Program-made: the position numbers and the translations under genes
Notes under the pieces: model-generated
The model's database searches: none
Seen by the model: only the letters and a program-made list of their open reading frames with translations
What the model was told of the DNA's origin: nothing
DNA from: Pseudomonadota bacterium
Lineage (GTDB): Bacteria; Pseudomonadota; Gammaproteobacteria; Xanthomonadales; Rhodanobacteraceae
Length of the DNA: 64,000 nt
Assembly: GCA_021795435.1 (NCBI GenBank)
Contig: JAJYPJ010000002.1
Span: 33,595 to 97,594 of the forward strand
Direction of reading: 5' to 3'
In this document: positions 18,873-30,000 of the stretch, piece after piece
Numbering within the stretch: the first letter of the stretch is position 1
Layout of the letters: every line of letters starts with the position of its first letter

Positions 18873-19790
18873 TCATCTGAGCAGGCCCAGGCCGGTCAGG
18901 ACGAGCAACAATGGCGCCAGTAACACGACGCCATACCCCACCATGGCCGCAGCCAACCGCGGTGCCAAACCGGCCATCGAGGCGAGGGCTGCGGCCGTGA
19001 TCATGGGTGCCATCGCCGATTCCAGCAGTGCCGCATGCGCGGCTGGCCCATGAAGGCCAAGCAACGGCATGAGTAGAAGGGCTAATGCCGGCAGCGCCAA
19101 GAGCTTGAGCGCAAGGCCTGCGCCGAGCGCCGGCACCTGGGCCCGATCGATTCTTAGCCTGAGTTGCAGGCCGATTGCCAGGGCAACCATGGGCAGCAAC
19201 GCTGTAGCAAGCGGCTGCAGCATCGCCGTCAGGTCGCGGGGCAGTTGCACAGGGGCGATTGCCAAGGCCACGAGCAGCGCAAGAAAGGCTGGAAACGTCA
19301 GGACGCGCCGGAGGATATGCCACGGCCGCGGATGAACGCCATGGCCATAGAGCGCAATGATGACAACGCCATACGTGGAGAGAATCAGGAACGACCCGAA
19401 CTGGTCATAGGCGACCGCAAAAGGCAGTGCGGGATCGCCGAGCAGTGCCCGGGTCAGTGGATAGCCCAAGTAGGATGTGTTGCCAAGCGGAACCGTCAGC
19501 AACAGCGCACCCTCCACCGCGCGAGGCCAGCGGAAGGCGCGCGATAGCCCGAGCACCAGCATGGCCGCGACCACCAGCTGAAGCCAAGGCAATGACGCCA
19601 CCGACAGCAGCGATCGACTGGGCTCCAGCCGCGAGGCATAAAGCAGGACCGTCGCCGGCAAATTGACGTACAAGACCACCAGATTGAGCGTGTCTGCAGC
19701 TCGCTCTGGCAACAGGTTCCGCCAGGCCATCACGCGGCCGATGAGGATGAGCAGCAGCAGAAACGCAAAGGTTGAGGCTGCCGGCTGCAC
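18873..19790 (-). CDS. AEC (auxin efflux carrier) family transporter
   Basis: ~10 TM segments, VLYVNLPA, GNTSYLGYPL, LESAMAP motifs. Confidence 0.85.
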   Translation of the reverse strand: MQPAASTFAFLLLLILIGRVMAWRNLLPERAADTLNLVVLYVNLPATVLLYASRLEPSRSLLSVASLPWLQLVVAAMLVLGLSRAFRWPRAVEGALLLTVPLGNTSYLGYPLTRALLGDPALPFAVAYDQFGSFLILSTYGVVIIALYGHGVHPRPWHILRRVLTFPAFLALLVALAIAPVQLPRDLTAMLQPLATALLPMVALAIGLQLRLRIDRAQVPALGAGLALKLLALPALALLLMPLLGLHGPAAHAALLESAMAPMITAAALASMAGLAPRLAAAMVGYGVVLLAPLLLVLTGLGLLR

Positions 19791-19799
19791 GGCAACTCC

Positions 19800-20654
19800 T
19801 CAGCTTTCCGAGAGCGCGACGCGCAGAAACTCGGGTGGGCACAGCGCTGCGCGATGCACGCCACTGTTGTAGTAGCGTGTCGGAAACGTCCTCGCATCTG
19901 CATCTGCCGCCCGAAACACATCCAACGGGTTCGGCCCTTTGCGGGCCATGGTGCAGCTCCACCAGCCCGTGGGATAGCAGGGCTGCGGAAACGGCAACGT
20001 GGCCATCGCACGGAACCCGGCCTTGCGCATGGCTGTGCGCATGGCCCGGATCAGCTCCAGGTGGGCGATGGGTGACTCCGACTGCTGAACAAGAAGGCCT
20101 CCCTCGCCCAATGCCCGGTGGCAACTCCGGTAAAAGGCCTCGTTGAACAGGCCTTCCGCCGGGCCGACTGGATCCGTCGAGTCGACAATGATGACGTCAG
20201 CCGATCCCGGGACCATCTCGGCGATATAGCGGACACCGTCGTCAAAGCGCAATTCGGCACGCGCATCTGCATTGGCCTCGCAGAGTTCCGGAAAATGGAT
20301 TTCAGCCAGGCGGGTGACGCGCTCGTCGATTTCCACCTGAACAGCACGCGCGACCTCCGCGTGCCGAAGTACCTCGCGCAACGTGCCGCAGTCACCGCCG
20401 CCGATGACAACAACGCGACGAGGCGCGCCGTGGGTATAGAGCGCAGGATGCACCATCATTTCGTGGTAGAGGAAATTGTCGCGTGAGGTCACCATCATGC
20501 AACCGTCAATCACCATTAAACGGCCCCAGTCCGTGCTGTCGTAGATGGCGATCGTTTGAAAGGGTGTTGTTTCCTCATGGAGCTTGGCCCGCACGCGAAA
20601 GCCGACTGAGGACCCGCTGGGGGCATGCTGCTCGGTGAACCACATTTCGCTCAT
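19800..20654 (-). CDS. speE: polyamine aminopropyltransferase (spermidine synthase)
   Basis: WFTE, FLYHEMMVHP, IGGGDCGTLRE, VEID, IIVDSTDPVGPAEGLF. Confidence 0.95.
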   Translation of the reverse strand: MSEMWFTEQHAPSGSSVGFRVRAKLHEETTPFQTIAIYDSTDWGRLMVIDGCMMVTSRDNFLYHEMMVHPALYTHGAPRRVVVIGGGDCGTLREVLRHAEVARAVQVEIDERVTRLAEIHFPELCEANADARAELRFDDGVRYIAEMVPGSADVIIVDSTDPVGPAEGLFNEAFYRSCHRALGEGGLLVQQSESPIAHLELIRAMRTAMRKAGFRAMATLPFPQPCYPTGWWSCTMARKGPNPLDVFRAADADARTFPTRYYNSGVHRAALCPPEFLRVALSES

Positions 20655-20938
20655 GACCGGATCTCGCCGAAAGGAGGGCGATTGTATCTGCCCGCCGTTT
20701 GCTGCCACGCCCGAGCTTGCGATCATTGCGCAAGCGCTACAATGTGTCGTAAACCGGCGCCAGAACTGGAAGGTGCCGGGTCGGGACTGGACGCCCTAGC
20801 GCCGGCCGCTTCGACTGCTCTACCGCCCCGGCCATCATGGCTGCACGACCACGGCGCCGCTTCGAGCCCGGCATTCACATGGGCAACCCAGAGCCGTGGT
20901 CGGCAACCGTGGAAAGTCGTGCATCTGGAGGACCTGCA

Positions 20939-22843
20939 ATGACCGAGCGCTGGGACCGCGAGGCCGCACGCCATACCTATGCCATCCCCTATTGGAGCGA
21001 TGGCTACTTCGACATTGACGACGCCGGTCGTGTCGTTGCACGCCCGCGGGGCGGAAATGGGCCAAGACTTGCGCTCAACGAGGCAGTCGCGGCTGCACGT
21101 GCAGACGGAATGCGTCTGCCGCTGCTGCTGCGCTTCCCCGGCATACTTCACGACCGCCGGCAACGCCTGCATCAGGCATTTGCCGCCGCAATGGAGGCGC
21201 ACGCCTACGCCGGTGGCTACACCGCCGTCTACCCCATCAAGGTCAACCAGCAACGAGGCGTCGCTGGTGAACTGGCGTCTGGTGGCGATCCCGCCAACTT
21301 TGGCCTTGAAGCCGGGTCCAAGCCCGAGCTTCTTGCCGTGCTTGGAATTGCGAAGCGGGGCAGCCTGGTCGTCTGCAATGGCTACAAGGATGCCGAATAC
21401 ATCCGACTCGCGCTGATCGGCCGTCGCATGGGACTTGACGTGGTCATCGTGATCGAGAAGCCCTCCGAGCTTGAACACGTCATCCGGGAGTCGTCCGCGC
21501 TGGGCATAGCGCCATTGCTCGGCGTGCGCGTGCGACTTGCGACACTCGGCGTCGGAAAGTGGCAGAACACCGGCGGTGACAAGGCCAAGTTCGGCCTGAC
21601 CCCGCGCCAATTGCTCGACCTGCTAGCGCGCCTGCGCTCCGCAGGCCTCGGCGCAACCTTGCAGTTGCTGCACTTCCACATGGGTTCGCAACTGTCCAAC
21701 TTGCGGGACATTGCCTCGGGCATGCGAGAGGCAGCCCAGTACGTCGCGCAACTGGCTCGCGCTGGCGTCGTGCTGCGCTGGGTCGACGTCGGCGGCGGTC
21801 TGGGCGTCGACTACGAAGGGACTCGCTCTCGTTCGTACTGTTCGATCAACTACGCAATTGAACAGTACGCGCTCGCCATCGTGCAACCGCTGGCCGAGCT
21901 CTGCGTGGCGGAAGGCCTGCCACCACCCAATATCGTCACGGAAGCAGGACGTGCCATGACGGCACACCATGCAGTCCTGGTCACCAACGTGAGTGAAGTG
22001 GAACCGTCGCCGCACGGCGCGCGCCATATGCCGCACGGCAATGTGCCCGCGGTGCTGCGGCACCTGCACGCCCTGCTCGAGGCACTTGATACACGGCCGC
22101 CAACCGAGATCTACCTGGAGGCACAGCAGCACCACGCCGAAGGCCTCGCCATGTTCGCGCTGGGTCAGCTTGACCTCGCGCACCGCGCAGCACTCGATGA
22201 TCTTTTCCACGCTCTTGCGACGGCTGTCCAAAGGCGATTGGACCCGCAGGAACGAGCTCACCGCTCGTTGCTGGACGAACTCGACGCCAAACTCGTGGAC
22301 AAGTTTTTCCTCAATTTCTCGGTATTCGAATCGATCCCTGACGTCTGGGCCATTGACCAAGTCTTTCCTATCGTGCCGCTGGATGGACTGGACCAGCGCC
22401 CGGCGCGCCGAGGCGTCATTGCCGACCTTACATGCGACTCCGACGGCCGCATCGATCAATACGTTGATGCCGGCGGAGTCGACGTCAGCCTGCCGCTCCA
22501 CGAACTGCAGTCGGGCAAGCCGTACCTGCTGGGCGTGTTCCTTGTCGGTGCGTATCAGGAGACCCTCGGTGACATCCACAACCTGTTCGGTGACACGGAT
22601 GCCGTGAATGTCAGCATTGACAGCCACGGAAAGGCCGTACTCAGCCATCACCGCCGTGGCGACAGTGCGGCGCTGATGCTCGAATATGTCGGCTACGACC
22701 TTGCGGCTCTTCGCTCCACGTACGCCGCTCGCCTTCAGGACGCCGGCGTTCCAGCACAACAAGCCGCATCGCTTCTCGCATCCCTTGAAGAGGGCCTGGC
22801 CGGGTACACCTACCTCGATTCGGTCGTGGCCGCGGAACCATGA
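20939..22843 (+). CDS. speA: biosynthetic arginine decarboxylase
   Basis: VYPIKVNQ (PLP Lys), GLEAGSKPEL, HFHMGSQ, DVGGGLGVDY, DLTCDSDG, GAYQETLGDIHNLFG; RBS GGAGG before ATG 20939. Confidence 0.96.
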   Translation: MTERWDREAARHTYAIPYWSDGYFDIDDAGRVVARPRGGNGPRLALNEAVAAARADGMRLPLLLRFPGILHDRRQRLHQAFAAAMEAHAYAGGYTAVYPIKVNQQRGVAGELASGGDPANFGLEAGSKPELLAVLGIAKRGSLVVCNGYKDAEYIRLALIGRRMGLDVVIVIEKPSELEHVIRESSALGIAPLLGVRVRLATLGVGKWQNTGGDKAKFGLTPRQLLDLLARLRSAGLGATLQLLHFHMGSQLSNLRDIASGMREAAQYVAQLARAGVVLRWVDVGGGLGVDYEGTRSRSYCSINYAIEQYALAIVQPLAELCVAEGLPPPNIVTEAGRAMTAHHAVLVTNVSEVEPSPHGARHMPHGNVPAVLRHLHALLEALDTRPPTEIYLEAQQHHAEGLAMFALGQLDLAHRAALDDLFHALATAVQRRLDPQERAHRSLLDELDAKLVDKFFLNFSVFESIPDVWAIDQVFPIVPLDGLDQRPARRGVIADLTCDSDGRIDQYVDAGGVDVSLPLHELQSGKPYLLGVFLVGAYQETLGDIHNLFGDTDAVNVSIDSHGKAVLSHHRRGDSAALMLEYVGYDLAALRSTYAARLQDAGVPAQQAASLLASLEEGLAGYTYLDSVVAAEP

Positions 22844-23808
22844 AGGCCATTCCAACGTGCGACGTGGAGGAAGCGGTCAGCGCGCTCCGCCGCGGCGATG
22901 CAATCGGCCTGCCAACCGAGACGGTCTACGGTCTCGCCGCAGACGCAACCAATCCCGCCGCCGTTGCACGAGTGTTCGCGCTCAAGCGTCGCCCCGCCAA
23001 CCACCCGCTGATCGTGCATATTGCTTCGGCAGCACAGCTCGGTCGTTGGGCTCGCGTCGTGTCACCCTGGGCAACGGCACTGGCCGCGAGCTTCTGGCCA
23101 GGCCCCCTCACCTTGGTCTTGCCCCGTGCCGAGCATGTACTCGATGCGATCACCGGCGGTCAGGAGACCGTAGCGGTGCGGGTGCCGGCGCATCCCCTGG
23201 CGCAAAAGGTATTGATCGCCTTCGGGTCGGGCGTCGTCGCGCCATCGGCCAACCGGTTTGGCCGGATCAGCCCGACGATGCCCGAGCACGTTCGCGCTGA
23301 ATTCGGCGACGACGTAGCCTGCGTGCTTGACGGCGGAGCATGCGCTGTGGGCATCGAGTCGACCATTCTCGACGTCAGCACCAATACGCCGCGCATCCTG
23401 CGCCCGGGTGCCGTAACCGTCCCCATGCTCGAGGCTGTCCTGGACACGCCCGTGGCGAGCACGGCGGAAGCCGGTAGCCCCCGCGTGCCAGGCGGACTCC
23501 CCGCGCACTATGCTCCGCGAACGCCGCTGGAGCTTGTTGATGCAAGCGCGTTCCGCCTTCTCGATACGGGTCCCGACGCGCTCTGGCTGACCTGGAGCGC
23601 CGATCCGCCGGCAGGCTCGGGCCTGCGCCTGCCGGCCGAAGCCACGGGCTATGCGAAGGGCCTCTACGCAGCGCTGCGGATCCTTGATGCACGTGGTGCG
23701 CGCCAACTGTACGTCGAAAAGCCACCTGAATCGCAGCAGTGGGCGGGTGTTCGCGACCGTCTCACCCGGGCCGCGGCTGGCGCTGGTGCGGATGAAAGGG
23801 GCAGCTGA
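22840..23808 (+). CDS. tsaC: L-threonylcarbamoyladenylate synthase, Sua5 type (YrdC + SUA5 domain)
   Basis: PTETVYGL, KRRPANHPLIVH, WPGPLT, APSANRFG, GIESTI, PG..HYAP linker; ATGA overlap with speA. Confidence 0.93.
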   Translation: MKAIPTCDVEEAVSALRRGDAIGLPTETVYGLAADATNPAAVARVFALKRRPANHPLIVHIASAAQLGRWARVVSPWATALAASFWPGPLTLVLPRAEHVLDAITGGQETVAVRVPAHPLAQKVLIAFGSGVVAPSANRFGRISPTMPEHVRAEFGDDVACVLDGGACAVGIESTILDVSTNTPRILRPGAVTVPMLEAVLDTPVASTAEAGSPRVPGGLPAHYAPRTPLELVDASAFRLLDTGPDALWLTWSADPPAGSGLRLPAEATGYAKGLYAALRILDARGARQLYVEKPPESQQWAGVRDRLTRAAAGAGADERGS

Positions 23809-23814
23809 CCGGGC

Positions 23815-24348
23815 TCAGGCTTCTTCTTGGCCGACGCCAAGGCCTTGGGCAATCCGGTTCACGAAGTTGAAGTAGGCACTGATCAGATTGACGTGCAGGA
23901 TCTCGGGATCACCCAAACCGCGTTCTCGAAGCGACTCGACATCGGTGGCACGCATCGAAGCTGGCGCAAGCGTCAGCTTGCGCGCATACGCTGCGATGGC
24001 ACGCTGGCGCTCGTCGGCTATTTGCTCGGGCTGGTCGACGATGGTGGCCAGTTCATCGACGTCGTCGACATAGTGGCGCAGGCGCTCCATGTGCTCCGAA
24101 ACGCAATATGCGCAACCGTTCGCTGCCGAAACGACCACCGCGATCAGCTCGCGCTCATCACGCGGCAATCCCCCTGGGACGAACATCAAGTGCAGGTACA
24201 AATCCAGGTGCTTCCGCAACGCTTCGGGGTTCAATCCCTGTATCGCCAGGATGGGGGTAGGGCTGCCCCGCCGCATTCGGAGGTCGGCGTAAAAGTCGGC
24301 CATCGCACCTTCGGCGCGGTCTTCGTCGATGCTATGGATCCACGGCAT
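23815..24348 (-). CDS. peroxidase-related enzyme, AhpD/carboxymuconolactone decarboxylase family
   Basis: ERELIAVVVSAANGCAYCVSEH, AYFNFVNRIAQGLGV; RBS GGAGG before ATG 24348. Confidence 0.88.
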   Translation of the reverse strand: MPWIHSIDEDRAEGAMADFYADLRMRRGSPTPILAIQGLNPEALRKHLDLYLHLMFVPGGLPRDERELIAVVVSAANGCAYCVSEHMERLRHYVDDVDELATIVDQPEQIADERQRAIAAYARKLTLAPASMRATDVESLRERGLGDPEILHVNLISAYFNFVNRIAQGLGVGQEEA

Positions 24349-24509
24349 GGCCAACCTCCCACGCGGACCGCGGATTGCGGCGGGAATGGTCAGATCATCC
24401 CATGCGCCATTGCGCTGATGGAAACTCCGCACCGGCTTCGCGCACAATGCGCAGTCTCGACCGCGGGTTGTCCCGCGCTGACCTACCATTTCAATTGCGA
24501 GATTCAAGC

Positions 24510-25400
24510 ATGACCGGACGCGACGCAGGGTTCATCGGACTTGGCGCCATGGGCCTGCCCATGGCGCGCCACTTGCACGCACACGGGCGGCTGGCTGCGG
24601 TAGGCAACCGAAATAGGATCAAGGCCCAGGCGCTGGCCACGGAGCTGACCATCGAAGCGCCGGCCACCCTCGCGGAGCTTGCCTCGCGTTGCGACGTGGT
24701 CGCCTTGTGCGTGACCGCGGACGCCGATGTCCTTGGATGCATCGACGACCTGCTCCCAGGCCTGCGACCGGGTGCGGTCGTCATCGACCACAGTACCGTG
24801 GCCCCCGATACGGCACGCCAAGCAGCAGCGCGGCTAGCGAGAGTCGGCGCCCATTTCCTCGACGCGCCTGTATCCGGCGGAGTCGAAGGCGCACGCAATG
24901 GCCGGCTTTCGATGATGGTCGGCGGCGACGAAGTCGTCCTGGACCGCGTACGCACGCTACTCGATTGTTACGCCGCAAAGATTACCTGGATGGGATCCTG
25001 CGGAAGTGGACAGGCGACCAAGGCCGTCAACCAGGTCCTGGTTGCAGGCATCGCCGCGGCGGTGTGCGAGGGGCTGGCCCTCGGCGAATCGCTGGGCCTC
25101 GAATCCGAACGACTCCTCCCAACACTCGCCGCCGGAGCCGCAGGCAATTGGTTCCTGGAAAAGCGAGGCGCATCGATGTTGCGCGGCGAGTTCGATGTCG
25201 GCTTCAAGCTGGGCCTGCTGCACAAGGACCTGGCCATTGTCCAGCGCATGGCTCGGAGCGCCGGGGTCGATCACGCCGTCGTCGACAAGGCATTGGAGGA
25301 CTATGCCTCACTGATGGCCACGGGCCATGCCGACGAGGACATTTCGGCACTGATTCGCCTCAAGCGCCCAGACGACAAGGGCGCGCCCCCGCGGAACTAA
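24510..25400 (+). CDS. NAD(P)-dependent oxidoreductase, 3-hydroxyisobutyrate dehydrogenase family
   Basis: GFIGLGAMG, DAPVSGG, GSGQATKAVNQ, KDL motifs. Confidence 0.9.
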   Translation: MTGRDAGFIGLGAMGLPMARHLHAHGRLAAVGNRNRIKAQALATELTIEAPATLAELASRCDVVALCVTADADVLGCIDDLLPGLRPGAVVIDHSTVAPDTARQAAARLARVGAHFLDAPVSGGVEGARNGRLSMMVGGDEVVLDRVRTLLDCYAAKITWMGSCGSGQATKAVNQVLVAGIAAAVCEGLALGESLGLESERLLPTLAAGAAGNWFLEKRGASMLRGEFDVGFKLGLLHKDLAIVQRMARSAGVDHAVVDKALEDYASLMATGHADEDISALIRLKRPDDKGAPPRN

Positions 25401-25508
25401 GTAGCCAGTGAAGCGCGCCGATTGACGCCATGCCATCGCGGCAGCCTGCGGTTCGCCGCGGGCAGCCGGCGGCATTCGCTGCAATGGGACGTGGCCACGT
25501 GGCCCCTG

Positions 25509-26684
25509 TCATTGCTGCACCCTTGGCAGTCTCGAGGGCAACAGGCCCGATCCTGGACGCTCCCCGAGGTTGACCCAGCGGGTCAATTCATCGAATGCCC
25601 GACCCACTTGGCCACCGCTGAATACGCAGTGGCCTTCCGCGGCAACATACTGCTGGATGAACTTCCCGGCGTGCCCGGCCCGCTGCACGCGGTCCGCATA
25701 CGCCTCGACGCTATCGGCTGGGACCAACGGATCGGCAAGATCATGCAGCTCCAGCATCGGCCGCAGCAGACGCCCCGTGGGCGTGTAATTCCTCAGAAGT
25801 TCGGCCACGGCCGCTGGATCGGCGCGATAGCGTCGGACACCGGCGTTGAGTGCCGCGTCATCGCTTGTGCCAAGGTAGACGTAGCCCGCGTTGCCAAAGG
25901 GGTTGCTGCCAGCCTTTTCCTGGGCTCGCTGCACCAGCGCCGTGGCGAAGGCGATGACGCCCGGCATGTCCTGCGGCGTGCCGACGTGCCAGATCGCTCG
26001 CAGGTCAGCGAAGCGATGCGGATGCGCGGCAAGCGCGCGGGCAATTCGCTGGGTGACCGCCGACGTGGGCGCATAGCTGGCCGGCACAGGGTCCAGCGGT
26101 GGCAAGATGCCTGGATAATAGTAGGCGAACGCTGCGAGCATTCGGAACTGTCGCTGGGTTAGTTCCCAGCTCGGCGCAATCGCGCCACACAAGACGAGCG
26201 CGCCGCGATAATGGGCCGGATCGCTCTCGATGGTCAGCGCCGCCAGTGCGCCGCCCATGGAGGCGCCGACCAGCAGGGTTTCCTTCGGCCGGCCGTGGCG
26301 CTCAATGAAGTAGTCGCGCAACTGCGCCGTCGTGGCGATGGCGCTCTGAAGCGCCCATCCAGTCTGCCCATAGGCCGACTGGATGACCGCAAAGCCACGC
26401 GCCAGGATTGGCGCCAGCCATGGTTGTTCCGCACTCGGGTCGTATCGGACGGGCTCCAGCGAGTAGCCGTGGTAATAGACGACAAGACGGTGGCCCCAAT
26501 CCCTTGGCACATCAATCCGGAAAGGGACGCCGTCCAAGGTGCCTAGCTCAGTCGCAACGCCTGCGTGCTCGGCCCGGTAGGTCGCATGCACGTCCGGCCG
26601 ATCCGCGATCGGGACGGCCCGTGCCGCACAGGGACGAACCACGGCGGTCGCGGCAAGGAACAGGGCGAGGACAATCGATCGCAT
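25509..26684 (-). CDS. secreted alpha/beta hydrolase
   Basis: signal peptide, YYHGY, nucleophile elbow GASMGG, DPLVP, EGHC. Confidence 0.8.
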   Translation of the reverse strand: MRSIVLALFLAATAVVRPCAARAVPIADRPDVHATYRAEHAGVATELGTLDGVPFRIDVPRDWGHRLVVYYHGYSLEPVRYDPSAEQPWLAPILARGFAVIQSAYGQTGWALQSAIATTAQLRDYFIERHGRPKETLLVGASMGGALAALTIESDPAHYRGALVLCGAIAPSWELTQRQFRMLAAFAYYYPGILPPLDPVPASYAPTSAVTQRIARALAAHPHRFADLRAIWHVGTPQDMPGVIAFATALVQRAQEKAGSNPFGNAGYVYLGTSDDAALNAGVRRYRADPAAVAELLRNYTPTGRLLRPMLELHDLADPLVPADSVEAYADRVQRAGHAGKFIQQYVAAEGHCVFSGGQVGRAFDELTRWVNLGERPGSGLLPSRLPRVQQ

Positions 26685-27000
26685 TGCGGCAGGCTCCCTC
26701 GGCAGTCTGTTCGGAGTCTAGTCCGACCCCTCATCGAGCTGGATGCAAGGGCCGGTTGGATCCACTCGCGTCCGCTGGCGGGTAAATGGTTGGATCCCGA
26801 TCCTGCATCAGAGGAGGCTGGAATTCGAATCACGTGGCGAAATTGGGCGAGATGCGCGAGCCAACCCGGGACTGGGTGGCGGCCACTTCACCCGGGTTAG
26901 GGGCTGGCAACGCGGGAACTTCACTGGCGCATTCCAGTCTCCCTGTAGGCGCATCCTCCGCGTCGCGGGACTCCATGCGCAATCGATTTCGGGGGTCGAC

Positions 27001-30000
27001 ATGGGCAAGAGCACAGGATTCCGGCAGCTAGCCAATCTGGCCGCAGTTGCGTTGATGTGGTTGGTCGGCACGCGAGCGGCTGCAGCCGCTTCGCCTCAGC
27101 CGCTGTTGCTGCGCTATCCGACGATGTCGAAGACGGAGATCGCCTTCGAGTATGGAGGCGAGCTCTGGGAGGTGCCGCGGGCTGGCGGGGCCGCGCACGT
27201 ACTCGCCAGCGGGATGGACATGCTGACCATGCCCTTTTTCTCGCCGGATGGTTCGATGATTGCCTTCACGGGCACCTACGATGGCAACACGGACGTCTAT
27301 GTTGTGTCAGCCAAGGGTGGCGTGCCCAAACGCCTGACCTACTATCCAGGGCCCGACGTGGCCGTCGGCTGGACTCCCGATGGTCGGTCGGTGCTGTTTC
27401 GCTCGCACCGCTACAGCTATTCTGATCCGGACCAGCTTTACACGGTGCCGATTTCCGGCGGCTTCCCCCAGGAGTTGCCCCTCCCCATGGCGGAAGAAGG
27501 CTCCTTTTCCCGCGGTGGCCGGCACTTGGCCTACGTCCCCGAGTTCCAGTGGGAGGCGTTCTGGAAAGACTACAAGGGCGGTCAGCACACCCAGGTCTGG
27601 CTGGCGCGGCTGTCCGACTCCAGCGTCATCCGCATACCCGACGACAATGCCAATAACTTCGACCCGATGTGGGTTGGCAACACCGTGTACTTCCTGTCCG
27701 ACCGCGATGGCCCCATCACGCTCTTTGCCTACGATACGCACACGGGTGCAGTCGATCGCGAAATCAACAACACCGGGTTCGACATCACCTCCGCCAGCGC
27801 GGGCCCGGGTGGCATCGTCTATTCCCAGTTCGGGCAGCTCCATGTTTTTGACTTCGCACGGGGCGCTTCGCGCGCGGTGCCTGTCACGGTCGCCGGTGAC
27901 CTGCCGCAGTTGCGGCCGCGCTATGAAAATGTCTCGAAACAGATTGTCCGCAGCAGCATTTCGCCACACGGACTGCGCACGATCTTTGAGGCCCACGGCG
28001 ACCTGCTATCCGTGCCCAGCAAGCACGGGAGCGTCTTCGATCTCACCCACAGTCCCGATGTGATGGACCGTGATCCGGCCTACTCGCCGGATGGTCGATC
28101 GGTTGCCTACTTCGCCGACCACGACCATGAGTACGACCTCTGCATACGCGCTGCGAATGGCGATGGATCGCCACAGATCATCGCGCTCGGCCAGCCCGAT
28201 GCCTTCTACTACGGGCTTGCATGGTCACCCGACAGCCACAAGCTGGTGTTCGGCGATCAGAAACTGGACCTGTGGCTCGTGAACCTCGAGTCACATCGTC
28301 CGCATCCGGTTCGCATCGCGATCAATCGCAATGCCACGCTGCAGCATTTCCACCCCGCCTGGTCGCCCGACAGTCGTTGGATTGCCTACACGCGAATCCT
28401 GAGGAATGGGCTCCATGCGCTCGAACTCTACTCGCTGGCCAGCGGGCACAGCGTGCAAGTCACCCATGGATCCAGCGACGTCCGCAGTCCGGCATTCGAT
28501 CCCAGCGGCCAATATCTTTACTTCACCGAGAGCACGAACACCGGGTTGACTCCGGGTCTGTGGGAGATGTCCGGCATGGATCGCCCGGTGACCCGTCATG
28601 TTTATGCGGCCACGCTGCGAAATGACGAGCCTTCGCCGCTGGCACCCGATGCCGGCTTCGAGGTCCCCGCCGGAAAGGCTGCGCGCACGGCTCGCCGGAC
28701 ACTGGTTCCACCCGCCGTTCGCATCGATCCAGCGGGCCTCGAGCGCCGCGCAGTAGCGCTGCCCATACCGGCAGGTCGCTACACCCGGATTACCGCCAGT
28801 TCGCCTGGCACCCTCATCCTGCAGCAAACGCCCCGGGTGATCATGCCAGGCGACACGCGCCCATGGGGTACGCCCGTTCGGGTGCTGGCTTTTGACCTTG
28901 CACATCGGAAGGTCCAGCCGCTCCTGGCCGACGTTACGAACGTTCAGGTCGCCGCTGATGGAAAGCAGGTCTTGTTCCGGCGCGGCATGCATTGGTTCAT
29001 TGCCAAGACCACGCCCAAGGCGAAGCCGCAACCCCTCCATACCAGCGCATTGCGCGTCTACGTCGTGCCGCGCGAAGAATGGGCCGAGATGTATCGGGAT
29101 GCCTGGCGGATCGAACGCGCGTTTTTCTACAACCCTCGTTACGACGGCCTTGACGTGCACGCTGCGCAAGTGGAGTTCGCACACTATCTCCCGGGCCTTG
29201 CCAGCCGCAGCGAGCTGAGCTTCCTGTTCCGCGAAATGACGGGTTACCTTTCGGTCGGCCACATGTTCATTTACGGTGGGTACCATCCGCGCATGGCCGA
29301 TATCAAGGTCGGGCTCCTTGGCGCAAACTACGCCATTGAACATGGACGTTACCGGATTACCCGGATTTTCCGCGGGGGCCGATGGAATCCGGACGCTTAT
29401 GCGCCATTGGCGCAGCCGGGGCTGGCGGTCAAGACAGGTGATTACCTGCTGGCGGTTGACGGCCAGGCTCTGGGCGGGCACGAGAATCTTTATCGCGCAT
29501 TCGAGAATCTGGCTGGCAAGGACGTCACCCTCCGCGTCGCACCGCATGCGGACGGCCGTGGAGCACACACCATCGTCGTGAAGACGATACCCAGCGAACG
29601 GTTGCTGCGAAACATCGCTTGGATCGACCACAACCGAGCCTTGGTCAACCGGCTCTCCGGCGGAAAGCTTGGTTATGTGTACCTGCCGGACACCGGCTGG
29701 GGCGGCTACCGCAATTTCAACCGAATGTACTTTTCCCAGGTCGACAAGCAAGGGGTCATTCTGGATGAACGCTTCAACCACGGAGGCGATATATCCGACT
29801 ACATCATCCAGAATCTGCTCGACCGGCCGATGTCGCTCGTGGTCACGCGCTGGGCTCCCGCGCAGGTGACGCCTCCCATGGCCATTTACGGTCCCAAGGT
29901 CATGCTGATCAACCAGTTTTCAGGGTCTGGCGGCGACGCGCTTCCCTGGTACTTCAAGATGGACCACATCGGCACCCTCGTTGGTGAGCGCACCTGGGGC

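Noticed and set aside
17758-19323. 521 aa ORF
   Set aside because: The N-terminal part overlaps the AEC transporter; the signal peptide begins at ATG 18786.
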